This document shows, in pieces, positions 34,477 through 45,009 of a stretch of 64,000 nt of DNA. Origin of the DNA: an uncultured Candidatus Berkelbacteria bacterium (GTDB taxonomy: Bacteria; Patescibacteriota; UBA1384; CAILIB01). The translations under genes were made by a program, and so were the position numbers. Where the stretch lies: assembly GCA_903834195.1 (NCBI GenBank), contig CAILIB010000029.1, positions 7,715-71,714 of the forward strand. The letters run 5' to 3'. Every line of letters begins with the position of its first letter. The stretch's first letter is position 1. The notes below the pieces were generated by a model. It saw only the letters and a program-made list of their open reading frames with translations, ran no database searches and was not told the origin of the DNA.

Positions 34477-36245
34477 TGCGCTCGTTTCGAAAAATTCTTA
34501 CCCCCGAAACCCGGCTTGGATCATGGGTTCGACTCTGGATTCCGATGTTTATGTTGGCCATTTTTGATGTTCTCGCTGCGTGGCAAGATAATCGATACCA
34601 AGTCTTTGCTGTAGATCTCGTTATACCAATCATCCTCTGCGTTCTCATTGCCAGTATCACAAGTTTGATATTCATTAAAACCTATCGCCGTGAACCCCTT
34701 ACTGGTTTTATTGGTGCAAGCATTGCAACGCTCCTCTTTTCTGGTGATTTCGAAAGTAGGGTAAGCAGTGTTTCATCGATCCTAAAAGCATTTAATCCAA
34801 TTCATCAGCTCTATTCCTGGGAAAGCGTAGTGTATGCGATTATTTTTGCTACTCTCTGCGTATTCCTAAGCCTTTGGATTGGAAGAAAAGTAAACAATTT
34901 CTGGATTCATAAAAACTGGAGCATACCTAACTTTCTCGGTGGAGTTACTGTTACAATTGGAGTAATCTTTGCCCTACAAGCACTTCCCGTTATCTTTTCA
35001 ATTGGCTCCGAATGGCAGCAATTTAGTTATATACCGCCTGCACTTCCAAATACTGCCCATGTCACATCTGACAAGGGTAAACCTGATATCTACTACATCG
35101 TACTAGATAGATACGCCAGTCAGAGCGTATTACAGAATCAATTTGGTTATGACAATTCAAAATTCATTTCTTTCCTGCATGATCAGGGTTTTTCGGTAGA
35201 CCCAAATGCCCACCAAAACTACCCGTACACAACCATGTCCATTGCTTCAACAATGAACGCCAATTATCTGACCGATATTGTTCAACGTTTTGGAGGGAGT
35301 AGTAACCAAACAATTGATCCTTTTCATCAAGCAATTCGAAACGGGGCAGTTATTCAACAACTCAAGTCACTTGGGTACACCTACGATGAGCTCGGTAGCT
35401 GGTATGAAGCGAGTAACTTCTCACCTCTTGCAGACAAACTCTTTCAGCCCGATGAACAGCTCACTATTTTTGGAGAGACGTTGACGGTAAACACGTTCAC
35501 CCGCAACGCACTTACCTCAAGTATATTCTGGCGATTCCTTCAGCACGGGCTTTCGTTTGGGAACACCGACGTTCTCACCTACAACACAATTAACGAAGTG
35601 AGCGCCACACAGTATAAACTAAGCACACTCCACACTCTTGCCACCCAGGCCAGTGGTGGACGCTTCATTTTTGCCCATATTCTTGTGCCTCATGACCCCT
35701 ACTACTTTAATGCCGACGGTTCGCTTAATCCGAATGGTGGTAATGACAATGTAGGAGAGCAAATCAAACAAAAGTACGTCAACCAAGTTGAGTACATAAA
35801 TTCACAAATCACCAGCGTGATCACGGATATTAATACAGCAAGCAAGGGGAATGCTGTAGTGATTGTACAATCTGACGAAGGGCCATATCCAAATTTCCTC
35901 AACGACAACGATTCAGACGGTACAGCAGTAGACGAAGAACTTGCCTCTGGTAGCATGCTCGACTGGTCCAATCTCGATCTCCAAATGAAATACGGCAACT
36001 TGGCAGCATATAAAGTTCCCGCAGCAACACCTGAAGCAATTCAAAATGGCGGCGATAACGTTAACATCTTCCGTGTTGTTTTAAATAGCTACTTTAATGA
36101 CACTCTTCAGTATTTACCACATTGCTACTACGGCTATAAAAATGGCCGTGAAGAATCATTTAACTTCACGAACATTAACCAGCAATTAACTGGTTCAACT
36201 AATCCTGCCTGCGCGCCGGATAGTAATTTTAGTAAAAAATTCTAA
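34476..36245 (+). CDS. Membrane protein with extracytoplasmic sulfatase/alkaline-phosphatase-superfamily-like domain
   Basis: About 5 N-terminal TM helices, then PDIYYIVLDRY, AHILVPHDPYYF, VQSDEGP. Paralog of 50021..51469. Confidence 0.6.
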   Translation: MRSFRKILTPETRLGSWVRLWIPMFMLAIFDVLAAWQDNRYQVFAVDLVIPIILCVLIASITSLIFIKTYRREPLTGFIGASIATLLFSGDFESRVSSVSSILKAFNPIHQLYSWESVVYAIIFATLCVFLSLWIGRKVNNFWIHKNWSIPNFLGGVTVTIGVIFALQALPVIFSIGSEWQQFSYIPPALPNTAHVTSDKGKPDIYYIVLDRYASQSVLQNQFGYDNSKFISFLHDQGFSVDPNAHQNYPYTTMSIASTMNANYLTDIVQRFGGSSNQTIDPFHQAIRNGAVIQQLKSLGYTYDELGSWYEASNFSPLADKLFQPDEQLTIFGETLTVNTFTRNALTSSIFWRFLQHGLSFGNTDVLTYNTINEVSATQYKLSTLHTLATQASGGRFIFAHILVPHDPYYFNADGSLNPNGGNDNVGEQIKQKYVNQVEYINSQITSVITDINTASKGNAVVIVQSDEGPYPNFLNDNDSDGTAVDEELASGSMLDWSNLDLQMKYGNLAAYKVPAATPEAIQNGGDNVNIFRVVLNSYFNDTLQYLPHCYYGYKNGREESFNFTNINQQLTGSTNPACAPDSNFSKKF

Positions 36246-36856
36246 ACCTGACACTCAGCGTGACGGAAACAGGTTACAAGGTGATCATTCACCAAGCCAG
36301 CACCCTGCATAAAGGCGTAGCAAATAGTTGATCCACAGAACTTAAATCCCCGCTTTTTTAGATCCGCAGCAAGGGCATCAGATTCTGGTGACGTCGCCGC
36401 AACATGTGAGTTCTCTCTATTCTGATTAACACGAGGATTTCCTCCGACAAATCTCCAGATATAGTTTGAAAAACTACCAAATTCTTTTTGGATTTCTATA
36501 AAGTGCTGAGCGTTGGTCACCATAGCTTTTAGTTTAAGACGATTACGAATAATCCCTTTCTCCTGCATCAAGCGAAGCACATCTTCATCAGTAAATCGTG
36601 CAACTTTTTCAACTTCAAAGTGTGCAAATTCTCGTCGCATATTTTCACGCTTATCCAAGACTATCTTCCAACTTAAACCGGCCTGCATTGTATCGAGCAC
36701 TACATACTCAAATAAGATTTTATCGTCATGCTGTGGCATTCCCCACTCAGTATCGTGGTAGGCCACCATTAACTCGTCTGATCCTGGCCAACTGCACCTG
36801 ATACGCTCACTCATACATAGTTCTGTTACGGTTCTAATGTCAGTGTACAACTTCAA
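36242..36856 (-). CDS. tag: DNA-3-methyladenine glycosylase I
   Basis: CSW...YHD.EWG.P..DD..LFE...L...QAGLSW motif. The start is probably ATG 36814. Confidence 0.9.
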   Translation of the reverse strand: MKLYTDIRTVTELCMSERIRCSWPGSDELMVAYHDTEWGMPQHDDKILFEYVVLDTMQAGLSWKIVLDKRENMRREFAHFEVEKVARFTDEDVLRLMQEKGIIRNRLKLKAMVTNAQHFIEIQKEFGSFSNYIWRFVGGNPRVNQNRENSHVAATSPESDALAADLKKRGFKFCGSTICYAFMQGAGLVNDHLVTCFRHAECQV

Positions 36857-36892
36857 TAAAAAAAGAGAAGCTCGAAATATGGTATCCGAGCC

Positions 36893-37411
36893 TCATGATG
36901 TGTATCCCTTTCCAAGGATCATATCTACAGTTACTTCTTCTTCAAGGAGGTCTGCCTGACGATATGCCGCAACCCAAGCAGTATGAATCTTATTTTCTTG
37001 ATTTTGCTGCTCAATTAAGTCCTTCTTCATCCAGTACTTTCGGTACTGTTTATAATGAAAAATAACCTCCCCAAACTTCTGTGTTTGGCACATATACAAT
37101 ACGTACACAAAGGTCGACCGTCCCAGAATCTTGTATCGACCCCAGGCATAGTGCCCATGTAATGCTGTATCAAATAGGATTACACCTAGAGCTACCAAGG
37201 CAGGTATCTGCTCACTTTTGTCACAGCAAAAAGCATAGGAAAGCCAAAACAAATCGGTCGATACGAAAATGAAAGTAATCGTGATCCAAGTCCGCAACTC
37301 TAGAAATCTGCGCGCAACAGTTGGACCGTCAACTATATCCCTTTTAACCACACGAAGTGGTCGTTTTTTAATGAACAATTTCCACCTCTTTTGATGATTG
37401 AAAGATAGCAA
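36893..37411 (-). CDS. Hypothetical membrane protein
   Basis: ORF with 2-3 hydrophobic segments, no recognisable family. Confidence 0.4.
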   Translation of the reverse strand: MLSFNHQKRWKLFIKKRPLRVVKRDIVDGPTVARRFLELRTWITITFIFVSTDLFWLSYAFCCDKSEQIPALVALGVILFDTALHGHYAWGRYKILGRSTFVYVLYMCQTQKFGEVIFHYKQYRKYWMKKDLIEQQNQENKIHTAWVAAYRQADLLEEEVTVDMILGKGYTS

Positions 37412-37478
37412 TATCTCTCTGGAAATACAAACAAACCCGACACTTTCGTGCCGGGTTTGTACATTCTAAAGAGGAAAA

Positions 37479-38018
37479 TTACCGAATATCGATACTTAGT
37501 GCTTGAATAACACCATTACTATCTGGATTACCAGAAACGACCAATATATCACCTACTTGGAGATCAGATTGTTTCGCAATAACACCTGCTTTGTAGTACG
37601 AGGTTGAACTCGTTACTGCAACTGTCTCATCGGTACCACGTACGTGAACTGTAAGCGTATTACCATCAATCTTTGTCAGGGCTCCGAGAGTACCTCGTGC
37701 AGCTGATCCATGCACCGAGCCACGACCCATTGCACCACGCCTACCCATCATTCCACCCTGAATACCTGGCTGACCACCACCTGGACCTGCCTGCATCATA
37801 CCTTGAGCGTATCCACCAGAATATGCACGATCACGGCGCATCATACGGCCATGAACCGCTACTGTGGCAACGCAAGCCACTATAACGATTACTCCAACAC
37901 CTGTAATAATCATCCAGGGCGAACTCCACATTCGAACTGGTCGAACAGGATTCACCGATTCTGTAGCATTTTTAGTTTCTTCTTTTCCACTTTCTTCTGT
38001 GTGTTCCATATAATTCAT
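37479..38018 (-). CDS. Membrane-anchored protein with Gly/Met-rich region and DUF5666-like C-terminal domain
   Basis: TM anchor, a GGYAQGMMQAGPGGGQPGIQGGMMGRRGAMGRG stretch, and C-terminus GNTLTVHV....VAVTS.T.Y.... Confidence 0.5.
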   Translation of the reverse strand: MNYMEHTEESGKEETKNATESVNPVRPVRMWSSPWMIITGVGVIVIVACVATVAVHGRMMRRDRAYSGGYAQGMMQAGPGGGQPGIQGGMMGRRGAMGRGSVHGSAARGTLGALTKIDGNTLTVHVRGTDETVAVTSSTSYYKAGVIAKQSDLQVGDILVVSGNPDSNGVIQALSIDIR

Positions 38019-38073
38019 TACGAGTATTCAAAATGAAAGTACAGAGCTATCCTGAGAAATGACTTAGAGCCCG

Positions 38074-38541
38074 TTGCCTTCGCGCAAATCATCCTCCATA
38101 CTCACTACTATGCACGTCAAAATAAAACAATTTGATATCACCCTACCACTGCCGAAGTACCAGTCAAAAGGCGCTGCCTGTGTGGATTTATGTGCCCGCC
38201 TAGAAACTAAAATTGAAGCTAAGTCGATTGGGTATATTCCTCTCAATATTGCCCTTGAGATTCCTGAAGGGTACTGGGTTCTGCTTGCTGCTCGTAGTTC
38301 AACCCACAAAACTGGTCTTATGCCCGCAAATGGCATCGGTATCATCGACTGGGATTTTCACGGTGATAACGATGAGTACTTCTTCCCGGTCTACAATTTC
38401 ACCGATACCGAAGTAACAATAGAACGCGGTCAGCGCATCGCCCAACTCATTATCTCAAAGTATGAAAAGATTGAATTTGAAGTAGTAGAACACCTTGAGG
38501 GCGAGGATCGAGGCAAATTTGGTTCAACTGGGCACAAGTAG
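38074..38541 (+). CDS. dut: dUTP diphosphatase
   Basis: GAACVDL, ARSS, GIIDWDF.GD, RIAQL, RG..GFGSTG motifs. The start is possibly ATG 38110. Confidence 0.85.
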   Translation: MPSRKSSSILTTMHVKIKQFDITLPLPKYQSKGAACVDLCARLETKIEAKSIGYIPLNIALEIPEGYWVLLAARSSTHKTGLMPANGIGIIDWDFHGDNDEYFFPVYNFTDTEVTIERGQRIAQLIISKYEKIEFEVVEHLEGEDRGKFGSTGHK

Positions 38542-38588
38542 GGAATCCCTGAACACTTTAGTGGTACAATAATAGAGATAAAAACCAC

Positions 38589-39506
38589 ATGAAGAAGAAC
38601 CTCAAAGTTATCTTTGGAATCTTGATTGGCACCCTAACCGTTGCCCTCTTTGTTGGTATTCTGCGCAATTCCAACTTTGAAGTACTCAACCCGGCTGGGA
38701 TGATTGCGACTAAAGAGCGCAACTTAATGTCACTAGCTGCAATTTTAATGCTCGTAGTGGCAATTCCAGTTTTTGTCATGACATTTACAATTGCCTGGAA
38801 GTACCGCGCCAGCAACACCAAGGCAACCTACCAACCAAATTGGGACCATAACACCTTGGCCGAGGTTATTTGGTGGGGCATCCCATGTATCATCATCGCC
38901 ATACTAAGTGTTGTAACCTGGAACAGTTCTCACGAGCTTGATCCGAGCCAATCTATCGTATCTTCAAAAGCACCAATTACTATCCAAGTAGTCGCACTGC
39001 AATGGAAGTGGCTATTTATATATCCAGAACAGGGTATTGCCACAGTTAACTACCTCGAATTTCCAGAAAACACTCCTGTACATTTTGAAGTTACGTCTGA
39101 TGCACCGATGAACGCCTTTTGGATTCCACAGCTTGGAAGCCAAATCTACGCCATGCCAGGTATGTCGATGCCACTTCACTTAATTGCTGACAAAACCGGA
39201 AGTTACGATGGCCTTTCTGCAAACATTAGCGGCGCCGGGTTTGCTGGAATGAAGTTCAAGGCCACTTCTGCATCTGCTGCAGACTTTAATAGCTGGGTAG
39301 AATCTGTGCAACAATCCCCTGATGCACTCACCTCATACAGCTACACAACGCTAGCCGAGCCAACTATTAACACCCCACCAACTTCCTTTGCCTCTGTTCC
39401 TGGTGGACTCTACAACCAAATCGTTATGAAATACGTCATGCCAATGCGAGCGCTTGATGATGCATCATTGAACGGCATGATTATGAACAACAATCACATC
39501 CAATGA
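38589..39506 (+). CDS. cyoA: Cytochrome bo3-type quinol oxidase subunit II
   Basis: The segment [50 protein letters not shown] is close to the E. coli CyoA segment as I recall it. No CuA Cys-x-x-x-Cys ligands. Confidence 0.9.
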   Translation: MKKNLKVIFGILIGTLTVALFVGILRNSNFEVLNPAGMIATKERNLMSLAAILMLVVAIPVFVMTFTIAWKYRASNTKATYQPNWDHNTLAEVIWWGIPCIIIAILSVVTWNSSHELDPSQSIVSSKAPITIQVVALQWKWLFIYPEQGIATVNYLEFPENTPVHFEVTSDAPMNAFWIPQLGSQIYAMPGMSMPLHLIADKTGSYDGLSANISGAGFAGMKFKATSASAADFNSWVESVQQSPDALTSYSYTTLAEPTINTPPTSFASVPGGLYNQIVMKYVMPMRALDDASLNGMIMNNNHIQ

Positions 39507-41470
39507 ACGTACTTTTCGGCAACCTCACACTTTCTGCCTTTCAACACGACCCAGTTCAACTTGGTGGTGTAGTGTTCATGTTCTTGGGCATTATTGGCGT
39601 ACTCGGGCTGATCACATATTTAAAACGCTGGAAGTGGATTTGGACTGAATGGGTTACAACCACCGACCACAAAAAGATCGGTGTCATGTACATCATTATT
39701 GCGGTTGTCATGTTACTGCGTGGGTTAATGGACGCCTCAATACTCCGATTACAACAGGTTTTATCGGTCGGAAGCTCAAACGGAGTACTTACCTCTGACC
39801 ACTTCCAACAGATTGTCACTGCACACGGCACGATTATGATTTTCTTCGTGGCTATGGGACTTCTCTTTGGAATCATAAATTTGGTCGTCCCACTTCAGAT
39901 TGGTGCGCGTGATGTTGCCTTTCCATTCTTGAATTCAACCAGTTTCTGGCTCTATGCATTGGGAGCCGTGCTGATTAATATGTCACTATTCGTGGGAGAA
40001 TTCGCCGCAACTGGATGGCTCGCCTACCCACCTCTTTCTGAACTCGCCTACAGCCCAGGCGTCGGTGTCGATTATTATATTTGGGCACTGCAGATCTCTG
40101 GCGTAGGCAGCCTACTCTCAGGTGTAAACTTCCTCGTCACCATTTTCAAAATGCGCTGTCAGGGGATGAGTCTGATGAAAATGCCTATGTTCGTTTGGTC
40201 GGTAATCGGTAGCATGAGCCTGGTTGTATTCGCCTTTCCAATCCTTACAGCCACATTAGCAATGCTCTCACTCGATCGTTTCTTCGGAATGCACTTCTTT
40301 ACCGCCGGTATGGGTGGCAATCCAATGATGTACGTTAATCTGATCTGGGCATGGGGACATCCTGAGGTGTATATTCTCGTTCTTCCAGCTTTTGGAATCT
40401 TCTCAGAAATTGTCGCCACCTTTTCGCAAAAACGACTCTTCGGCTACAAGTCGATGGTTTGGGCAATTATGTCGATTACCTTCCTCTCGTTTGTAGTTTG
40501 GCTACACCACTTCTTCACCATGGGAGCCGGCGCCGATGTGAACTCGTTCTTCGGTATTATGACGATGATTATTGCAATTCCTACAGGTGTAAAGGTATTT
40601 AACTGGCTCTTCACGATGTACCGTGGACGGGTTCATTTTACTACGCCAATGCTCTGGTTCTTGGGCTTTGTTACTACCTTTACTATTGGTGGAATGACCG
40701 GTGTTCTCATGGCCTCTCCTCCTGCTGATTTCCAACTACATAACAGCCTGTTTCTAGTCGCCCACTTTCACAACATGATTATTGGCGGTGTTGTCTTTGG
40801 CTTCTTCGCTGGCATTACGTATTGGTTTCCTAAGTACTTTGGCTTTAAACTCAACGAAAAAATTGGCGCCTATGCCTTCTGGTGCTGGATTGTCGGCTTC
40901 CTCCTTGCCTTTGTCCCGCTCTATATCCTCGGTCTAATGGGTGCTACGCGACGCCTTGATCACTATGACCCATCAATGGGATGGCAGGGGCTGTTCATTG
41001 TTTCTGGAGTTGGATTGATGATTATTTTCCTCGGTGTAGCTCTGCAAATTCTTCAATTCGCAGTTAGCATCTGGCAACGCAAACAGAATCGTGACCTCAC
41101 TGGTGATCTATGGAACGGTCGCACACTCGAGTGGTCCACCACATCTCCACCACCTCATTACAACTTTGCAATTCTTCCTGTAGTCGAAGATCGAGATCCA
41201 TTCTGGGTAGCTAAAGAAAAAGGCGCCCCACTTACTTCACGGCATTATGAAGATATCGTTATGCCGAAGAATACCCCACTGGGACTGTATATCGCTACCT
41301 TCGCCTTCTTGTTTGGTTTTGCAATGGTTTGGCATATGACCTGGCTGGCAATCGTAGGAGTAATTGGAGTAATTACCGTTCTGGCCATTCGTTCGTTTGA
41401 TGACGATACTCATTACACTATTACAGCTGCCGAAGTTGCCCATATTGAATCAGGAGCACACCATGAGTAA
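39503..41470 (+). CDS. cyoB: Cytochrome bo3-type quinol oxidase subunit I
   Basis: Heme-copper oxidase signatures [27 protein letters not shown]. Confidence 0.95.
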   Translation: MNVLFGNLTLSAFQHDPVQLGGVVFMFLGIIGVLGLITYLKRWKWIWTEWVTTTDHKKIGVMYIIIAVVMLLRGLMDASILRLQQVLSVGSSNGVLTSDHFQQIVTAHGTIMIFFVAMGLLFGIINLVVPLQIGARDVAFPFLNSTSFWLYALGAVLINMSLFVGEFAATGWLAYPPLSELAYSPGVGVDYYIWALQISGVGSLLSGVNFLVTIFKMRCQGMSLMKMPMFVWSVIGSMSLVVFAFPILTATLAMLSLDRFFGMHFFTAGMGGNPMMYVNLIWAWGHPEVYILVLPAFGIFSEIVATFSQKRLFGYKSMVWAIMSITFLSFVVWLHHFFTMGAGADVNSFFGIMTMIIAIPTGVKVFNWLFTMYRGRVHFTTPMLWFLGFVTTFTIGGMTGVLMASPPADFQLHNSLFLVAHFHNMIIGGVVFGFFAGITYWFPKYFGFKLNEKIGAYAFWCWIVGFLLAFVPLYILGLMGATRRLDHYDPSMGWQGLFIVSGVGLMIIFLGVALQILQFAVSIWQRKQNRDLTGDLWNGRTLEWSTTSPPPHYNFAILPVVEDRDPFWVAKEKGAPLTSRHYEDIVMPKNTPLGLYIATFAFLFGFAMVWHMTWLAIVGVIGVITVLAIRSFDDDTHYTITAAEVAHIESGAHHE

Positions 41471-42038
41471 GGTTCTACACCAACCAGAAGGAACGCTAAA
41501 ATTTGGCTTCTGGGTCTATCTAATGACTGACTGCGTCCTCTTCGCCAGCTTCTTCGCAACATACATCGTCCTCCGTAATAACACCTTTGGTGGACCTGCA
41601 GGACACGATATTTTCAACCTCAATTACGTTCTCGTTGAAACTATTATCTTGCTCATCAGTAGTTTTACTTCTGGACTAGCAATGTTAGCCGTGCAAAACA
41701 AAGAAAAGGGTCAGGCACTGATGCTTTTCGGTGTTACACTTCTCCTTGGTCTTACGTTTCTCTTCATGGAAGTAAGCGAGTTCCGAAATCTCATCGCCGA
41801 TGGTAACGGACCTGCTCGCAGTGGATTTCTTTCAAGTTACTTCTCTCTGGTTGGACTTCACGGTCTTCACATTGCCGCAGGTTCAATTGCCATGGCTATT
41901 GGCATGTTCCAGATTATGAAGAAAGGTCTCACTGAAAGCATTTCCGAACGACTCAACTGTCTGAGTCTATTTTGGCACTTCCTTGATATCATCTGGATCT
42001 TCATTTTCACCATTGTGTACCTAATGGGAGCACTCTAA
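41463..42038 (+). CDS. cyoC: Quinol oxidase subunit III
   Basis: Five-TM subunit III-like sequence. ATG 41463 overlaps the cyoB stop (ATGAGTAA). Confidence 0.85.
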   Translation: MSKVLHQPEGTLKFGFWVYLMTDCVLFASFFATYIVLRNNTFGGPAGHDIFNLNYVLVETIILLISSFTSGLAMLAVQNKEKGQALMLFGVTLLLGLTFLFMEVSEFRNLIADGNGPARSGFLSSYFSLVGLHGLHIAAGSIAMAIGMFQIMKKGLTESISERLNCLSLFWHFLDIIWIFIFTIVYLMGAL

Positions 42039-42400
42039 TGCCACACACTCCGCACACCCACTCTGAACACGGTAACCTTCATTCCTACCAACTTGGCTTT
42101 GTACTCTCAATTGGCCTGACCATTGCAGCGTTTTACATCGTAACAAATCACCTCTTTAGTACGAATGGAATCATTGCCAGTATCTTCGGATTAGCCGTTG
42201 TGCAACTTGTGGTTCAACTAGTCTTCTTCCTTCACCTCGATAAAGAATCCAAACCTCGGATGAACTTAATGGCATTTCTCTTTGCTCTCATGGTTGTACT
42301 TATTATTGTTGGAGGTTCACTCTGGGTGATGTACCACATGAACTACACCATGACCCCTTCTGAGATGAACAACTATATGGTTGGCCAAGAAGGACTATAA
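42038..42400 (+). CDS. cyoD: Quinol oxidase subunit IV
   Basis: Small three-TM protein in the canonical operon position. TAATG overlap with cyoC. Confidence 0.8.
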   Translation: MPHTPHTHSEHGNLHSYQLGFVLSIGLTIAAFYIVTNHLFSTNGIIASIFGLAVVQLVVQLVFFLHLDKESKPRMNLMAFLFALMVVLIIVGGSLWVMYHMNYTMTPSEMNNYMVGQEGL

Positions 42401-42408
42401 ACACCGGT

Positions 42409-43272
42409 TTGAGCAAGCTTTTCAAACAGTATTACGTACTGACTAAGCCGGGCATTATCTACGGCAACTCTATTGCTGTAATTGGTGGCTTTTTTCTGGC
42501 TGAACGTGGTCATTTTAACCTACAGCTTTTTTTGGCTACTCTTTTGGGCAGTGCATTAATTATGGCATCAGCCTGCGTGTTCAATAATTACATCGACCGA
42601 GATATTGATGTGCTAATGAAACGCACCAAAATACGCGCACTTGTCACCGGCGAAGTTACCACACTTAGTGCACTAGTATATGCCAGTATTCTCGGAATAC
42701 TCGGTGTAACCAGCTTAATCGTTTTCACAAACTACCTAACAACACTCATAGGTATCATCGGATTCATAACCTACGTGATTATCTATGGCTGGTGGAAGCG
42801 TCGTTCAGCCTTCGGAACTATTATTGGTAGCATCGCTGGAGCCGTGCCACCACTCGCCGGATATACTGCAGTAACTAATCACCTCGACATTGGTGCGGTG
42901 CTCGTTTTTCTCATCATGGTACTTTGGCAAATGCCTCACTTTTACTCCATTGCCATCTTCCGCCGAGATGATTACACACATGCCTCTATTCCGGTACTGC
43001 CAGTCTCGCGTGGCGTTGAAACAACTAAGCGTCATATCCTTGCGTATCTAATTGCATACTTGCTTGTAAGCCCTCTCCTTACGCTCTTCGGGTACACGGG
43101 CTACACATACGCCGCCGCAGTACTTTTAATGAGCATGCTTTGGCTCTGGCGGTACTATAGTGGGCTTCATACTACCGATGCCAAATTATGGGCACGTAAA
43201 CTCTTTACGACCTCCTTGATTGTCATGCTTATCTCGAGCGTTATGCTTTGCCTCGGTCCAGTGTTACCATAG
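42409..43272 (+). CDS. cyoE: Protoheme IX farnesyltransferase (heme O synthase)
   Basis: UbiA-family motif NNYIDRDIDVLMKRTKIRAL, about 9 TM, TTG start. Confidence 0.9.
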   Translation: MSKLFKQYYVLTKPGIIYGNSIAVIGGFFLAERGHFNLQLFLATLLGSALIMASACVFNNYIDRDIDVLMKRTKIRALVTGEVTTLSALVYASILGILGVTSLIVFTNYLTTLIGIIGFITYVIIYGWWKRRSAFGTIIGSIAGAVPPLAGYTAVTNHLDIGAVLVFLIMVLWQMPHFYSIAIFRRDDYTHASIPVLPVSRGVETTKRHILAYLIAYLLVSPLLTLFGYTGYTYAAAVLLMSMLWLWRYYSGLHTTDAKLWARKLFTTSLIVMLISSVMLCLGPVLP

Positions 43273-43294
43273 TAGTATGTAATTAATCTTTATT

Positions 43295-43552
43295 ATGCTT
43301 TTGATACTCCACATCGCTATTGCCCTTTCTAGCCTCGGATACACAACGTATCTATACAACACACCGTCGCGCGCAGGTGTTAACACCGCCCTGACACTCG
43401 TTGGAACAACACTTGTAAGTGGTACCGCACTTGTTGCCGTAACACACAGCAACATCCTCTCAACCTGTGTAACTGGATTAGTGTACCTTGGCGCTGTTTC
43501 ATTCGGAATTGTTGCAGCTCGTGGCAAACTCTCCAAAGCGCTCAACCAGTAA
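43295..43552 (+). CDS. Small three-TM membrane protein downstream of cyoE
   Basis: 85 aa hydrophobic ORF, unknown family. Confidence 0.45.
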   Translation: MLLILHIAIALSSLGYTTYLYNTPSRAGVNTALTLVGTTLVSGTALVAVTHSNILSTCVTGLVYLGAVSFGIVAARGKLSKALNQ

Positions 43553-44915
43553 GCGCGAACCTTTTTCTCGGAAGAAGAAGGTACTGATCGGGTGCCTTAT
43601 CTTTATTGTATTTGCAGCTTTTTTTCCGTTACCGGGAAAGTCAGCATTTCCTACACTTGATACCAGTCATTTTATGGCATTTCCAGATGGCTTTCTTTGG
43701 GGTGCTGCCACTGCATCTCACCAGGTTGAAGGCAACGATACCAGCGACTGGACACGTTGGGAAAAAGCAAATTCATCTCGCCTCTCCAGCATCTCCCCAA
43801 GTGTGTGGGGAAATTTGCCCAACTGGTCGAACATTTCTGGTCAAGCGACTGATCCTGCTAACTACATCTCCGGCAAAGCTGATGATGAGTATAATTTGTA
43901 CCCCACCGATATTGGCCTTGCCCACAGCCTCGACATGAACACGTATAGGTTCTCAATCGAGTGGTCACGGATTGAGCCAAGCGAAGGCGTGTTTGACGAC
44001 GCAGCTATCCAACATTACAAAGACGAGGTTGCACTCTTAAAAAGTGATCAGATGACACCCTTTGTCACACTCTGGCACTGGACACTTCCAACCTGGTTGG
44101 CAGATAAAGGTGGCTGGGAAAGTCCCGATTCTACCCGCTTCTTTACCGAGTATGTGCAAAAGGTTGTGCAAAACCTGGGGACAGATGTTCAGTTTTGGGT
44201 GACGCTTAACGAGCCGCAAGTGTATACCGCAAACTCATACCTAACCGGCATATGGACACCTCAAAAAAAGAATCCGATTACGGCAATTTCGGTATACAAA
44301 ACACTTATTTCTGCCCACCAATCAGCCTATACAGCGATTAAGGCAATTAATCCGGCGGCACAAGTTGGCATTGCCAGTCACAACATCGATTTTGACGCCT
44401 ACAACAACACCCTCCTCAACCAGTTTATCGCCGGGCAATCGAACTACTGGTGGAATGAGTACTTCCTCAATCAAATTCAAAATTACGACGATTATATTGG
44501 CGTAAATTTTTACTTTCGCCATACCCTTAACCTTGGCATGGAAGTATCAAACGGCGGTGCAAAAAATGATCTAGGCTGGGAACTAAGTCCTGAAGGAATT
44601 TATCCGGTATTGATGAATTTAAAAACCTATAATAAGCCCATCTTCATCACCGAGAATGGCCTCGCCGATTCACAGGATACTCAGCGAGCCAATTATCTTA
44701 AAACTACGCTGGAGTATGTTCACCAAGCGATTCAGGATGGCGCCAACGTGCGCGGGTACATGCACTGGGCCCTGATTGATAACTTTGAATGGTCAAGTGG
44801 GTTCTGGCCTCGATTTGGCCTCATTGCCGTAGATTATTCCACTGAAGCTCGCACGATTCGCCCGAGTGCACAGGTGTATGCCAGCTTTATTAAAGCCAAT
44901 GGAATCCAACCGTAA
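43488..44915 (+). CDS. GH1 beta-glucosidase with N-terminal basic/TM extension
   Basis: FPDGFLWGAATASHQVEG, TLNEP, ITENG catalytic motifs. The N-terminus RKKKVLIGCLIFIVFAAFF looks like a signal anchor. The exact start is uncertain (ATG 43488 or GTG 43521). Confidence 0.85.
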   Translation: MALFHSELLQLVANSPKRSTSKREPFSRKKKVLIGCLIFIVFAAFFPLPGKSAFPTLDTSHFMAFPDGFLWGAATASHQVEGNDTSDWTRWEKANSSRLSSISPSVWGNLPNWSNISGQATDPANYISGKADDEYNLYPTDIGLAHSLDMNTYRFSIEWSRIEPSEGVFDDAAIQHYKDEVALLKSDQMTPFVTLWHWTLPTWLADKGGWESPDSTRFFTEYVQKVVQNLGTDVQFWVTLNEPQVYTANSYLTGIWTPQKKNPITAISVYKTLISAHQSAYTAIKAINPAAQVGIASHNIDFDAYNNTLLNQFIAGQSNYWWNEYFLNQIQNYDDYIGVNFYFRHTLNLGMEVSNGGAKNDLGWELSPEGIYPVLMNLKTYNKPIFITENGLADSQDTQRANYLKTTLEYVHQAIQDGANVRGYMHWALIDNFEWSSGFWPRFGLIAVDYSTEARTIRPSAQVYASFIKANGIQP

Positions 44916-45009
44916 GATGGCTCTTTTGTAATTGAAAAATTGCTGGTAGCATAGATACACGATCAAATAAAAATTGGTCAGAAACACCTGAAGGGGAAGG
45001 AGGGTTTGA

